This document shows, one piece after another, positions 36,891 to 46,551 of a DNA stretch of 64,000 nucleotides (its first letter is position 1; every line of letters begins with the position of its first letter). The stretch is from Chloroflexota bacterium (lineage in GTDB: Bacteria; Chloroflexota; Limnocylindria; P2-11E). The stretch covers positions 44,893-108,892 of the forward strand of contig VBDQ01000018.1 of assembly GCA_005889075.1 (NCBI GenBank). Reading direction: 5' to 3'. A model generated the notes under the pieces. That model had not been told where the DNA came from, searched no databases, and was given only the letters and a program-made list of their open reading frames with translations. Position numbers and translations under genes: made by a program.

Positions 36891-37814
36891 TCAGATCGCG
36901 AGTTCGAGCTGCTCGGTCGGGACCGGCGCTGTATGCGTTCGCGGCGGGCGTTCGCGGAATTCGTAGCGCGATCGAGCCTGCGCGACGCGGTGCTCGAGCT
37001 CACGCTCGTACTCGCGCGTCGGATGGTTGCTCCCCTTGTATAGGGCGCTGTACGTGGGAACGAGCACCGGGAACTCCGTCGCGAGGAATTCGAAGTAGTA
37101 GTCGCGGATCTCGGCGTCGATCTTGAGCGGGCGGTGGCGGAATGCGGTAGCGCCGGCCTCACTCGCGGCACGAGCCGCCCTATCGATGGACTCCTCGCTA
37201 TCGCTGATCCCCGGCAGGAGCGGCGCGCACAGCACCGCGGCGTCGAGCCCCGCTTGGCGGAGCAGCGAAAGGGCGCGGAGGCGTTGCCTCGGCGGCGGCG
37301 CTCCCGGCTCCGCCTTGCGCCAGTAGTCCTCGTCGATGGAGGGAACGCTGAAGTACACGGTGAGGTCGGTTCGCCGATCTAGCTCCTGAAGGACGTCGAT
37401 GTCTCTGACGACCAACGTTCCCTTCGTCACGATTCCCGTCGGCATCGGGTAGCGGACGAGTGCTTCGAGACAGCCCCGGGTCAGTCGATATTTGCCTTCG
37501 ATCGGCTGATATGGATCGGTCGCGGTCCCGATCGCGAGCGAGCCTTCAGGTCGGCGGCGGACTTCCGACCAGAATCGTTCGACGAAATTGGCGCGAATCT
37601 CGATGTTGCGATCGAAGCCGGCCCCGACGTCTCGCTCGCGAAAGCGCGCGTGGTAAGCCCGAGCGAAACAGAAGGAACACGCGTGGGCACACCCGACGTA
37701 GGGATTGAGGCTCCAATCGAACGGCATGCCTTGCACGCGGTTGAGAGCGCTCTTCGCGTCGATCTCTCGGTAGGAGATGTCGGTCAATCGGATGCTCCCC
37801 GAAAACCCGACCAT
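36891..37814 (-). CDS. Radical SAM protein of the SPL/SplB-like DNA-repair-lyase family (COG1533)
   Basis: NPYVGCAHACSFCFARAY is a Cx3Cx2C radical-SAM cluster motif in the position typical of spore-photoproduct-lyase-like enzymes. Confidence 0.8.
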   Translation of the reverse strand: MVGFSGSIRLTDISYREIDAKSALNRVQGMPFDWSLNPYVGCAHACSFCFARAYHARFRERDVGAGFDRNIEIRANFVERFWSEVRRRPEGSLAIGTATDPYQPIEGKYRLTRGCLEALVRYPMPTGIVTKGTLVVRDIDVLQELDRRTDLTVYFSVPSIDEDYWRKAEPGAPPPRQRLRALSLLRQAGLDAAVLCAPLLPGISDSEESIDRAARAASEAGATAFRHRPLKIDAEIRDYYFEFLATEFPVLVPTYSALYKGSNHPTREYERELEHRVAQARSRYEFRERPPRTHTAPVPTEQLELAI

Positions 37815-38013
37815 AGAACATCAGTTCTATCAGGTCAAGGGCACTCCTTCTTACCCAACCCATACCCGAAGGGCGAAAAGCGCTCCGTACACTCGACGCA
37901 GGTTCGTGCCCACGAAAGCGGATCGGCCATATGGCTCGTTCCCGCGGGGCCGTCCCGATGCGGTCCCGGAGCCAGCTCCGCCGCCGGCTCGATCACGCGA
38001 CCGCCTCGGTACG

Positions 38014-38742
38014 GTGATTCGGCGCGGCCTGCCCTGGCTCGGTGTCCTGGTGATCCCGGTGCTCTTGCTCGCCCTCGCCTTCACTCCGGTACCGAGTCCC
38101 GAGGATGTGCGCCCATCCCCGACCCCGACCCCCGCGATGAATGAGGTCTACGCCCGGGTTGCGCCGGCGGTCGTGCAGATCCGTGCGGTGAAGCCGGACG
38201 GCACGACCCTTGAGGCTGGGTCGGGCGTGGTGATCGACGAGGCCGGCGACATCCTCACGGCGCTCCACGTCGTCCAGAACGTGCCGGTGCTATCCGTCCT
38301 TTTTGCCGACGGCACGGAGTCACGCGCAACCGTCATCTCCGAGGTCGCGCAAAGCGACATCGCGGCGCTCCGGCCGGCCAACCCACCCGCACAGGTCGTC
38401 GCCGCGACGCTCGGGAGCCCGAACACGTTGCGCATCGGCGATGACGCGATCGTCGTCGGCAACCCGTTCGCGCTCACGCGATCCCTCTCCACGGGCGTGA
38501 TCAGCGGTCTCAACCGGAGCGTCTCGGTTCCGGGGCGCAATCAGACGCTCACCGGACTCATCCAATTCGACGCCGCGGTGAACCCGGGCTCGTCGGGCGG
38601 TCCGCTCGTGAACCGTGACGGCGACGTCATCGGTATCGTGACCGGGCTGGTGAACCCGACCGGAACGCCGGCGTTCAGCGGCGTCGGTTTCGCGGTGACC
38701 ATCGACACGGCGGCGGGCGCGCTCGGCATACCGCCGGACTAG
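38014..38742 (+). CDS. Trypsin-like (S1C/HtrA-type) serine protease without PDZ domain, membrane-anchored
   Basis: TM anchor LPWLGVLVIPVLLLALAF. Catalytic triad context: TALHVV(H), SDIAAL(D), GSSGGPL(S). GTG 38014 was chosen because the longer ORF (from 37777) overlaps the divergent radical-SAM start. Confidence 0.75.
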   Translation: MIRRGLPWLGVLVIPVLLLALAFTPVPSPEDVRPSPTPTPAMNEVYARVAPAVVQIRAVKPDGTTLEAGSGVVIDEAGDILTALHVVQNVPVLSVLFADGTESRATVISEVAQSDIAALRPANPPAQVVAATLGSPNTLRIGDDAIVVGNPFALTRSLSTGVISGLNRSVSVPGRNQTLTGLIQFDAAVNPGSSGGPLVNRDGDVIGIVTGLVNPTGTPAFSGVGFAVTIDTAAGALGIPPD

Positions 38743-38757
38743 AGAAAGGGAAGCCTC

Positions 38758-39759
38758 ATGGTCGATCAGCAGATCGCGGTTCCACCGGATACGGGGCGCC
38801 TGCTCTTCGAGATCAAGAAGGTCATCGTCGGGCAGGACCACCTGCTCGAGCGGATCCTCGTCGCGCTGCTCGCGCGGGGTCACCTGCTCGTCGAGGGCGT
38901 CCCCGGGCTCGCGAAGACCCTCTCGGTCAAGACCGTCGCTCAGGCCATCAGCGGCGATTTCAAGCGGATCCAATTCACGCCCGACCTCGTCCCGGCCGAC
39001 CTCGTCGGGACGCGCATCTACAACCAGCGCGTCGGCGACTTCCAGACGTCGCTCGGCCCGGTGTTCACGAACCTCCTGCTCGCCGACGAGATCAACCGGG
39101 CGCCGGCGAAAGTCCAAAGCGCGCTCCTCGAGGTGATGCAGGAGCATCAGGTGACGATCGGTCGTGAGACGCACCGCGTTCCGGACCCGTTCCTGGTCAT
39201 GGCGACGCAGAACCCCATCGAGACCGAGGGCACCTACGCGCTTCCCGAAGCGCAGGTCGACCGTTTCATGATGAAGGTCGTCGTCGGTTATCCGACCGAG
39301 ATGGATGAGTTCGTGATCGTCGAACGGATGACGGGCCACCTTTCTCCGGTCGTGCCGGTGATGACGACCGATCGGCTCATCGCCCTCCAGCGCGAGGTAG
39401 ACGAGGTGTTCGTCGATCCGACCTTGATGGAGTACGTCGTGCGCGTCGCCTCGGCCACGCGACAGCCGGCTGACTACGGGATCGGAGACATCGCCAAATA
39501 CATCAGCTACGGGGCGAGTCCGCGAGCGTCGATCAATCTGGTCCTCGGCGGACGAGCGCTCGCGTTCCTGCGCGGACGGCGTTACGTCACCGGGCAGGAC
39601 ATGCAGGACCTCGCGCTCGACGTGCTGCGGCACCGGATCGTGCTCTCCTTCGAGGCGCTCTCGGACGATGTCACCGCGGACGAGATCATCAAGAAGGTCC
39701 TGAACCGTATCCCCGCGCCGACCGAGCCGTTGCAGGGACATGTCGCGCTCCGCGCCTGA
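38758..39759 (+). CDS. MoxR-family AAA+ ATPase
   Basis: Walker A GVPGLAKT, Walker B LLADEINRA, and MoxR-specific FLVMATQNP. GAAAGGGAAG SD upstream. Confidence 0.9.
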   Translation: MVDQQIAVPPDTGRLLFEIKKVIVGQDHLLERILVALLARGHLLVEGVPGLAKTLSVKTVAQAISGDFKRIQFTPDLVPADLVGTRIYNQRVGDFQTSLGPVFTNLLLADEINRAPAKVQSALLEVMQEHQVTIGRETHRVPDPFLVMATQNPIETEGTYALPEAQVDRFMMKVVVGYPTEMDEFVIVERMTGHLSPVVPVMTTDRLIALQREVDEVFVDPTLMEYVVRVASATRQPADYGIGDIAKYISYGASPRASINLVLGGRALAFLRGRRYVTGQDMQDLALDVLRHRIVLSFEALSDDVTADEIIKKVLNRIPAPTEPLQGHVALRA

Positions 39760-40575
39760 GCGAAGGCTCGACCGGCTCGACTGGACCGTGATCCGCCGGC
39801 TGGACGGTCTGCTTCAGGGCGACTACCGCACGATCTTCAAGGGTCACGGCCTAGATCTCGCGGACATTCGCGAATACGCCTTCGGCGACGACGTCCGCCA
39901 CATCGATTGGAACGTGACCGCTCGGCTTGACACGCCGTACGTGCGGGAGTACCTCGAGGACCGCGAGATCACGGCGCATTTCCTTCTCGACGTCTCGCCG
40001 TCCGTGGACTTCGGCACCGTGGACCGCCGCAAACGGGACCTGCTCATCGACTTCACGGCGGTGCTCGCACGTCTCCTCACACGGCACGGCAACAAGGTCG
40101 GCGCGACGCTCTACGGCTCGCGCGTCGAGCGGATGATCCCAGCGCGCGGGGGACGCATCCAGGTCCTCCGCATCGTCGACGAGCTCGAGCGCCGGCGCCA
40201 TCTCGAACGTGCGCCGCTCACAGCGCCTCCGGATGGGAGGAGCGCCTGCGGCGTATCGCGCGACGTCACGAGACCATGGCCGTCCGACTGGCGGACCCTC
40301 GCGAGGCTGAGCTGCCGGACATCGGTCCGGTGATCCTGACCGACAGCGAGACCGGCGAGCAGCTCCGCGTCGACACGCACGACGGCGGCTTTCGTGCCCG
40401 CTTTGCCGCCGCCGCCCGACGGCGGGAGGAGAGTCTCCGAACGACGTTCGACCGCGCGAGCGTCGACGAGCTCGTGCTGCGCACCGATGAGGACCTCGTC
40501 CGCACGGTCGTACGCTTCGCGCATGCTCGGAAGCGTCGGGCGGCGCGACGCGCCGCGATGAGCGCCACAGCATGA
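39740..40575 (+). pseudogene. DUF58-family protein (MoxR partner), disrupted by a frameshift and internal deletion near 40200-40235
   Basis: The N-terminal frame (39740..~40200) carries the DUF58 core YAFGDDVRHIDWNVTARLDTPYVREY. The C-terminal DUF58 region (WEERLRRIARRHETMAVRLADPREAELPDIGPVILTDSETGEQ) is in the +1 frame (to 40575). The usual ...RRSVVFLLSDF segment between them is missing. Confidence 0.6.
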
Positions 40576-41612
40576 CCTTCATCTGGCCGACGGCGCTCGT
40601 CCTCCTGGTCGTCGTTGCTGCGCTGGCGATCCTGTACGTCCTGGCCCAGCGCCGGCGGAATCGGTACGCGCTCCGCTACGCGAACCTCTCGTTGGTGCGC
40701 GAGGCCATCGGACAGGGTCCCGGATGGCGGCGCCACGTGCCACCGGCGCTGTTCCTGCTCGCGCTCGGCATCATGTCGGTCGCCGTCGCGCGACCGCAGG
40801 CCGTGGTCGCGGTGCCGAGCCAGGAAGGCACGGTGATCCTGGCGATCGACGTATCTGGGTCGATGCTCGCCGAGGACATGAAACCGAACCGGATCGAGGC
40901 CGCAAAGGCCGCGGCCCGAGCGTTCGTCGACAAGCAGAGCGACGACGTCAAGATCGGCGTGGTTTCCTTCTCTGGCGACGCCTCGATCGTTCAAGCGCCC
41001 ACGACGGACAAGACCCTCGTGATCGCGGCGATCAATCGCCTTCGCGCGCAGCGCGCGACGGCGATCGGGCGCGCGATCCTCGTGTCGCTGGACGCGATCG
41101 AAGAATCCAATGGAAGTGAATCCGATCTTCCGAGCTCGATCCTCCAGTTGCAGCAGCCACAGGGTCCCGGGACCACGCCGCGGCCGACCGCGACAGTTCC
41201 GGCGTACTTGGTCGGCCAACATTCGTCTGCGTCGATCGTCCTTCTGTCCGACGGTCAGAACAACCAGTTCCCAGCCCCGCTCGACATCGTGGACCAAGCC
41301 ACGAGCCGCGGCGTGCGGATCTACACGATCGGCGTCGGGAGCGCGAGCGGCACGATCGTCCGTCTGCAGGGACGCGCGGTCCGCACGGCCCTCGACGAGG
41401 CCACGTTGAAGAAGATCGCGGACCTCACCGACGGCGCGTACTTCAACGCTTCGACCGAATCGGACTTACGTGCGGTGTACGAGAACCTCACCACGGAGCT
41501 GGTGGTCCGGAACGAGAAGACCGAGCTGACCGCCTATTTCACGCTCGGCGCGGCGATCCTCGCGGTCCTCGCCGGCGCCTTCTCGCTTCTCTGGTTCAAC
41601 CGCCTGCCATGA
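40572..41612 (+). CDS. VWA-domain protein (BatA-like) with N- and C-terminal TM anchors
   Basis: VILAIDVSGSM (MIDAS DxSxS) and VLLSDGQNN. ATG overlaps the DUF58 stop. Confidence 0.85.
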   Translation: MTFIWPTALVLLVVVAALAILYVLAQRRRNRYALRYANLSLVREAIGQGPGWRRHVPPALFLLALGIMSVAVARPQAVVAVPSQEGTVILAIDVSGSMLAEDMKPNRIEAAKAAARAFVDKQSDDVKIGVVSFSGDASIVQAPTTDKTLVIAAINRLRAQRATAIGRAILVSLDAIEESNGSESDLPSSILQLQQPQGPGTTPRPTATVPAYLVGQHSSASIVLLSDGQNNQFPAPLDIVDQATSRGVRIYTIGVGSASGTIVRLQGRAVRTALDEATLKKIADLTDGAYFNASTESDLRAVYENLTTELVVRNEKTELTAYFTLGAAILAVLAGAFSLLWFNRLP

Positions 41613-41616
41613 TGGC

Positions 41617-42663
41617 CTAGCGGCCGTCACCGTTTTCGCGGTCCTTCGCCGTCGTGTCGTGCTCCGATGAGGTGTGCGCCGCAGCCTTCTCCGACGTCGC
41701 GACCTTCTCCGCTGCACTGAGCTTCTCTGGCGCGCTGACCTTCTCTGGCGCGCTGACCTTCTCTGGCGTGCTGACTATCTCCGCGGTGGTGACCTTCTCC
41801 GTGATCACCTTGTCCGCTGGCTCAGCCGGCAAGAGGCTTGTCGGTATGTACGGGATCGGCGCCGGCTTCGTTGGCGGAGCCGTCTTGGGCGCCTCGACCG
41901 GTTGCGCGCCTTGCGACGGCTGATCCGCGACCGGAGCCGACTCGGTCGAGCTGGGTGAGCTCGATTCCTTGGTTTGCTCTTCTCGCTTGTCGGCTGGGCC
42001 GATCGCCGCAAGCGGGGGTGCCTGCGTCATGGTCGGCGACTGCGGGACCGCCTGCGGGTCGGCGGCGACGACCTGGGGCGGCGCGGGAGTCTGGCCCGGC
42101 GCGCTTACCGTCGTCGACGCGCCCGCCGCAAGAGTGACGGTCGCGCCGCCTGCCGTCGCGTCGACCGTGCCACTGGTCGCGGTGATCGAGGTAGTGCCGT
42201 CTTCGCTTACGGCGACGTAGAACCCTGAGCCCGCACGGATCACTGAAGCCATCGCCGCGCTGCGGACTTCGTAGCGGCCACCCGAGCCGATCGTCCGCGC
42301 GGCCGCGTACCAGACCCGACCGATCGTCTGCTCCATTCGGACCAGGTAATCGCCGGCGCTCGTCCGGACGAACTCGATCGTCAGGTCGCTAGAGCCATCC
42401 AGGGTCGCCGTGGATCCATCCGGGTAGGTGACCACGGCTCGCCCGCTTTCATCGGTCCTCACCGTGTCGCCGCTGCGAATCACGCGCTCGACCGTGACGT
42501 GCTCCGCCGCGCCGTCTCGGGACAACGTGACCTGCTGGGAGAGGACCTGGAGGAGTGCCGACTGACTGGCCGTCGGCGCCGCGATGGCAAAAACGCCCAA
42601 TGCGGCCGCCCCCCCGACCACCCCACACATCGCTAGGCGTCCGATCGCGCCCACCGCTGCCAT
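41617..42663 (-). CDS. FecR-domain protein with a C-terminal (PEKVSA)n repeat tail
   Basis: N-terminal TM/signal, then a FecR-like beta domain (VTLSRDGAAEHVTVERVIRSGDTVRTDESGRAVVTYPDGSTATL), a Pro/Ala/Thr linker and an imperfect 6-aa tandem tail. Confidence 0.65.
   Translation of the reverse strand: MAAVGAIGRLAMCGVVGGAAALGVFAIAAPTASQSALLQVLSQQVTLSRDGAAEHVTVERVIRSGDTVRTDESGRAVVTYPDGSTATLDGSSDLTIEFVRTSAGDYLVRMEQTIGRVWYAAARTIGSGGRYEVRSAAMASVIRAGSGFYVAVSEDGTTSITATSGTVDATAGGATVTLAAGASTTVSAPGQTPAPPQVVAADPQAVPQSPTMTQAPPLAAIGPADKREEQTKESSSPSSTESAPVADQPSQGAQPVEAPKTAPPTKPAPIPYIPTSLLPAEPADKVITEKVTTAEIVSTPEKVSAPEKVSAPEKLSAAEKVATSEKAAAHTSSEHDTTAKDRENGDGR
41681..41806. repeat. About 7 degenerate tandem copies of an 18-bp unit (consensus ctgaccttctctggcgcg)
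   Basis: Seen directly in the sequence. It encodes the (PEKVSA)n tail of the FecR-domain protein on the minus strand. Confidence 0.8.
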
Positions 42664-42765
42664 GAGGCTGGCGAAGTCCGGCCTGGCCGGCGACCCCTAG
42701 ATGCATTAGTTGGCTGTCGTGGCGGTATCCACCCAGTCGGGTGAGTACCAACGGGTCACCAGGTC

Positions 42766-43865
42766 CTAGTACGGCACTAACCGAAGAACAGTGGCGCTAT
42801 GCGGCGCCGTGTCAGCGAGTATCTCCCCGGCCGCGGTCGATCGATCGGCCCGCTCCCAGAGATCGCGAACGCGTACTCGACGATCGTCGATGCCGAGCTC
42901 GCCGAACGTGACAGCGATCTCGCGGCTCGCGGTTCCGCGATTGAGCGCGGCGACGACGCGGCTGCCGCCTGCGAGCTCGCGCAGCCAGACCTCGCAGGCG
43001 TCTTTGCTCTGGACGCGGCGCCCCTGCCGACCGAGGGGATCCTGATCGATCGCGATGATCTCCGGCGCAGTGATGGCGCCGCGCACCTCGTCCGGCATAT
43101 CCCGCAGATCGTTCCCCGCCATGAGCGGTGCGGCCAGGATCGCCCAGAGCGCGAAATGCGCGCGGCTCTCGTCGATCGTGAGCTCACCATTCCCGACCTC
43201 GAGCATGTCGGGGTCGTTCCAGTGATCCGGTCCCGAGAAGCGATGGAGGTCCGCCTGCCGATCGAGGATCGCCATCACGCTCGGCCAATCCGGTTGGATG
43301 TCCCAGGTCGTACGCCAAAGATGCCCGATCGATCCAGCCCACTCCCATGGCCGCGCTCGACCCCACTCGCAGATCGAAAGGACGATGGGCCGTCTCGTCG
43401 CGTGCACCGCCATGGCCCACTTCGCGTAGAGCGTGCGCGGGCCCATGCCGCTGGTGTGGCACCAGTCGACCTTCAGATAATCGACTCCCCACTCGGCGAA
43501 TCGCCGCGCATCTCTGAACTCGTAGCCGAGACTCGCCGGCAGGCCCATGCACGTATTCGTTCCGGCGTCGGTATAGATGCCGAAGCCGAGGCCGAGTGCG
43601 TGCACGCGGTCGGCCACCGCGGCGATGCCCCGCGGGAAACGCGCGGGATCGGCGACGAGGTCGCCGTCGCGGTCCCGCTGTGGCGCCATCCAGCCATCGT
43701 CGACGACGACGTAGCGATACCCGGCGTCGCGCATCCCACTCGCGACCATCGCCTCGGCGCTCTCGATCACCAGCCGCTCATCGACGTTTCCCTTGAACCG
43801 GTTCCAACTGTTCCAGCCCATCGGCGGGGTCGGTGCGAGTCCATCGGAGAGTCGGCCGAGACCCA

Positions 43866-43866
<1 letters not shown>
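42766..43866 (-). CDS. Alpha-galactosidase (GH27)
   Basis: PPMGWNSWN...VVVDDGW...DYLKVDWC are GH27 signatures. Its ATG overlaps the galK stop (TGATG). Confidence 0.85.
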
Positions 43867-44927
<1,061 letters not shown>

Positions 44928-44965
44928 CGCCGCCCGACGATACGCGGGCGGCGCGCTTTTCCTGG

Positions 44966-45184
44966 CTAGCTCGACTCTACGTTGCCGCCACCGACCTTAT
45001 CCGGCGTCGGAGTCGCCGCCGCGTTCGCCGCGTCGCCCTGAGCGGGTACCGTGCCGGTTGCGAAGTCGGACAGCGCAGCCTTGGCCACGCTCGGATCGAT
45101 CAGGCTCATCGCGTCGCGCTCGGGAAGGGGTACGCCGACCTCCTGCTCGAGCTCCTCGTCGTCGAGACCTTCCTTCTCTGCCAT
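44966..45184 (-). CDS. Small acidic hypothetical protein (72 aa)
   Basis: C-terminal ATG-initiated part of an otherwise antisense-junk ORF: MAEKEGLDDEELEQEVGVPLPERDAMSLIDPSVAKAAL... It is divergent from the PIG-L deacetylase. Confidence 0.4.
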   Translation of the reverse strand: MAEKEGLDDEELEQEVGVPLPERDAMSLIDPSVAKAALSDFATGTVPAQGDAANAAATPTPDKVGGGNVESS

Positions 45185-45346
45185 CGTGCACCTCCGTCCC
45201 GGACCATCGCCGCAAGAGAGGTGCCGGCTCGCGCGCATCGCCCACGTCGTGACGATCTCGGCGACGGCGATCCGCTCGAATGGGAGCGTAAACGCGCCGC
45301 CGGGGAGGCCTGAGCCCTTCGCCTCGCACTGCGAGAGACTTAGCGC

Positions 45347-46171
45347 GTGCGGTTCGACGGTGGTCTCGATGTCCAGCGCGCGATGGCGATCTACGCGCAC
45401 CCCGACGACGCCGAGTTCGCGCTCGCCGGCACGGCCGCGACCTGGGCGAAAGCGGGCGTCGAGTTTGTGTACTGCATGATCACCAACGGCGCTTCGGGCT
45501 CGCAGGATCCGGACATGACTCGTGCCCGCCTCCGCGAGATCCGTCTCGCCGAGCAGCGCGACGCGGCGCGGATCCTCGGGGTCAAGGAGGTCGTCTTCCT
45601 CGACTTCGAAGACGGCTACCTCGAGCCGACGATCGACGTTCGCCGTGCCGTCGCTCGCCAGATCCGGATCCACCGTCCCGACGTGATCTTCACCATGGAC
45701 CCGACGATGCGCTACGGCGGTGGGTACGTGAACCATCCCGACCACATCGCCGCTGCGGAGGTCGTCCTCCGGTCCATCAACCCCGACGCATCGACGCGCC
45801 AGATGCTTCCGGAGCTCTGGCAGAGCGAGCATCTCGAGCCGCACAAACCCAAGGCCCTCTTCCTCGTCTCCTTCGGAAAGCCCGACGTCGTCATCGACGT
45901 CAGCGACGTCGTCGAGCTCAAGCTGGAGGCCCTGCGGGCGCATCGATCACAGATCGAGCCGGACAGCCTCGAGTTCGTCAAGAGCTGGATGAAAGAGGCG
46001 GGCAAGAAGAAGCGCTATGCCTACGCGGAAGGCTTCACCGTTCTGCGCTTCGACCAGGAGGGACCGCCCCGGCGGAACGTTACGCGTGGAGCGCGGACAG
46101 CACCTCGAGCGCGTGGCCGTCGGGCTTCACGGAGTACCACGACCGCTCGACGCGGCCGTCGCCGCCGATAA
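45347..46171 (+). CDS. PIG-L/LmbE-family N-acetylglucosaminyl deacetylase
   Basis: AIYAHPDDAEF (AHPDDE motif), HPDH, LFLVSF. GTG start. The Arg-rich C-terminal 30 aa overlaps the convergent bcp and may be an artefactual extension. Confidence 0.8.
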   Translation: MRFDGGLDVQRAMAIYAHPDDAEFALAGTAATWAKAGVEFVYCMITNGASGSQDPDMTRARLREIRLAEQRDAARILGVKEVVFLDFEDGYLEPTIDVRRAVARQIRIHRPDVIFTMDPTMRYGGGYVNHPDHIAAAEVVLRSINPDASTRQMLPELWQSEHLEPHKPKALFLVSFGKPDVVIDVSDVVELKLEALRAHRSQIEPDSLEFVKSWMKEAGKKKRYAYAEGFTVLRFDQEGPPRRNVTRGARTAPRARGRRASRSTTTARRGRRRR

Positions 46172-46532
46172 GGAACGTTGAGCGGATCACGCCCTCGCCT
46201 CGACCAGGCCGCTCGCCCCACGCGCCGTAGGCCTCATGGACCGAGCGGTCGGGATCGCTGAGCAACCGCAGGCGTAGCCCGTACTTCTTGCGAAAGGCCT
46301 GATGCGATTTCGCGTCGTCGCGCGAGATCCCGAGGACCGGCACCCCGAGCGTCTCGAACTGCGGAAAGTTCTCGGTGAACTGGCACGCTTCGGTCGTGCA
46401 GCCCGGCGTGTCGTCTTTGGGATAGAAGTACACGACGTACCGCGATCCCCCGAGGTCCTTCGTCGAGAGTGTCTTGCCTTCGTCGTCCTCGAGCGAGAAA
46501 GCTGGGGCGGTGTCGCCACGCTTGAGCTCCAC
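46080..46532 (-). CDS. bcp: Peroxiredoxin Bcp (thiol peroxidase, AhpC/TSA family)
   Basis: The GTG at 46530-46532 gives MELKRGDTAPAFSLEDDEGK...YFYPKDDTPGCTTEAC, which aligns with E. coli Bcp from residue 1. The long upstream part of ORF 46080..46967 is junk. Confidence 0.85.
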   Translation of the reverse strand: MELKRGDTAPAFSLEDDEGKTLSTKDLGGSRYVVYFYPKDDTPGCTTEACQFTENFPQFETLGVPVLGISRDDAKSHQAFRKKYGLRLRLLSDPDRSVHEAYGAWGERPGRGEGVIRSTFLIGGDGRVERSWYSVKPDGHALEVLSALHA

Positions 46533-46551
46533 GCCGATCAGCGTAGGGACT

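Noticed and set aside
35807-37171. 454-aa minus-strand ORF
   Set aside because: Only its last 95 codons (zinc-ribbon protein 35807..36094) look real. The rest overlaps the well-supported DoxX gene on the other strand and is Arg/Ser-rich junk.
44966-45184. Pup (prokaryotic ubiquitin-like protein) assignment for the small acidic protein
   Set aside because: It lacks the C-terminal GGQ/GGE and the Pup helix pattern.
44966-45943. Full 325-aa minus ORF
   Set aside because: Acidic junk antisense to the PIG-L deacetylase. Only the C-terminal 72-aa ATG-initiated part was kept, at low confidence.
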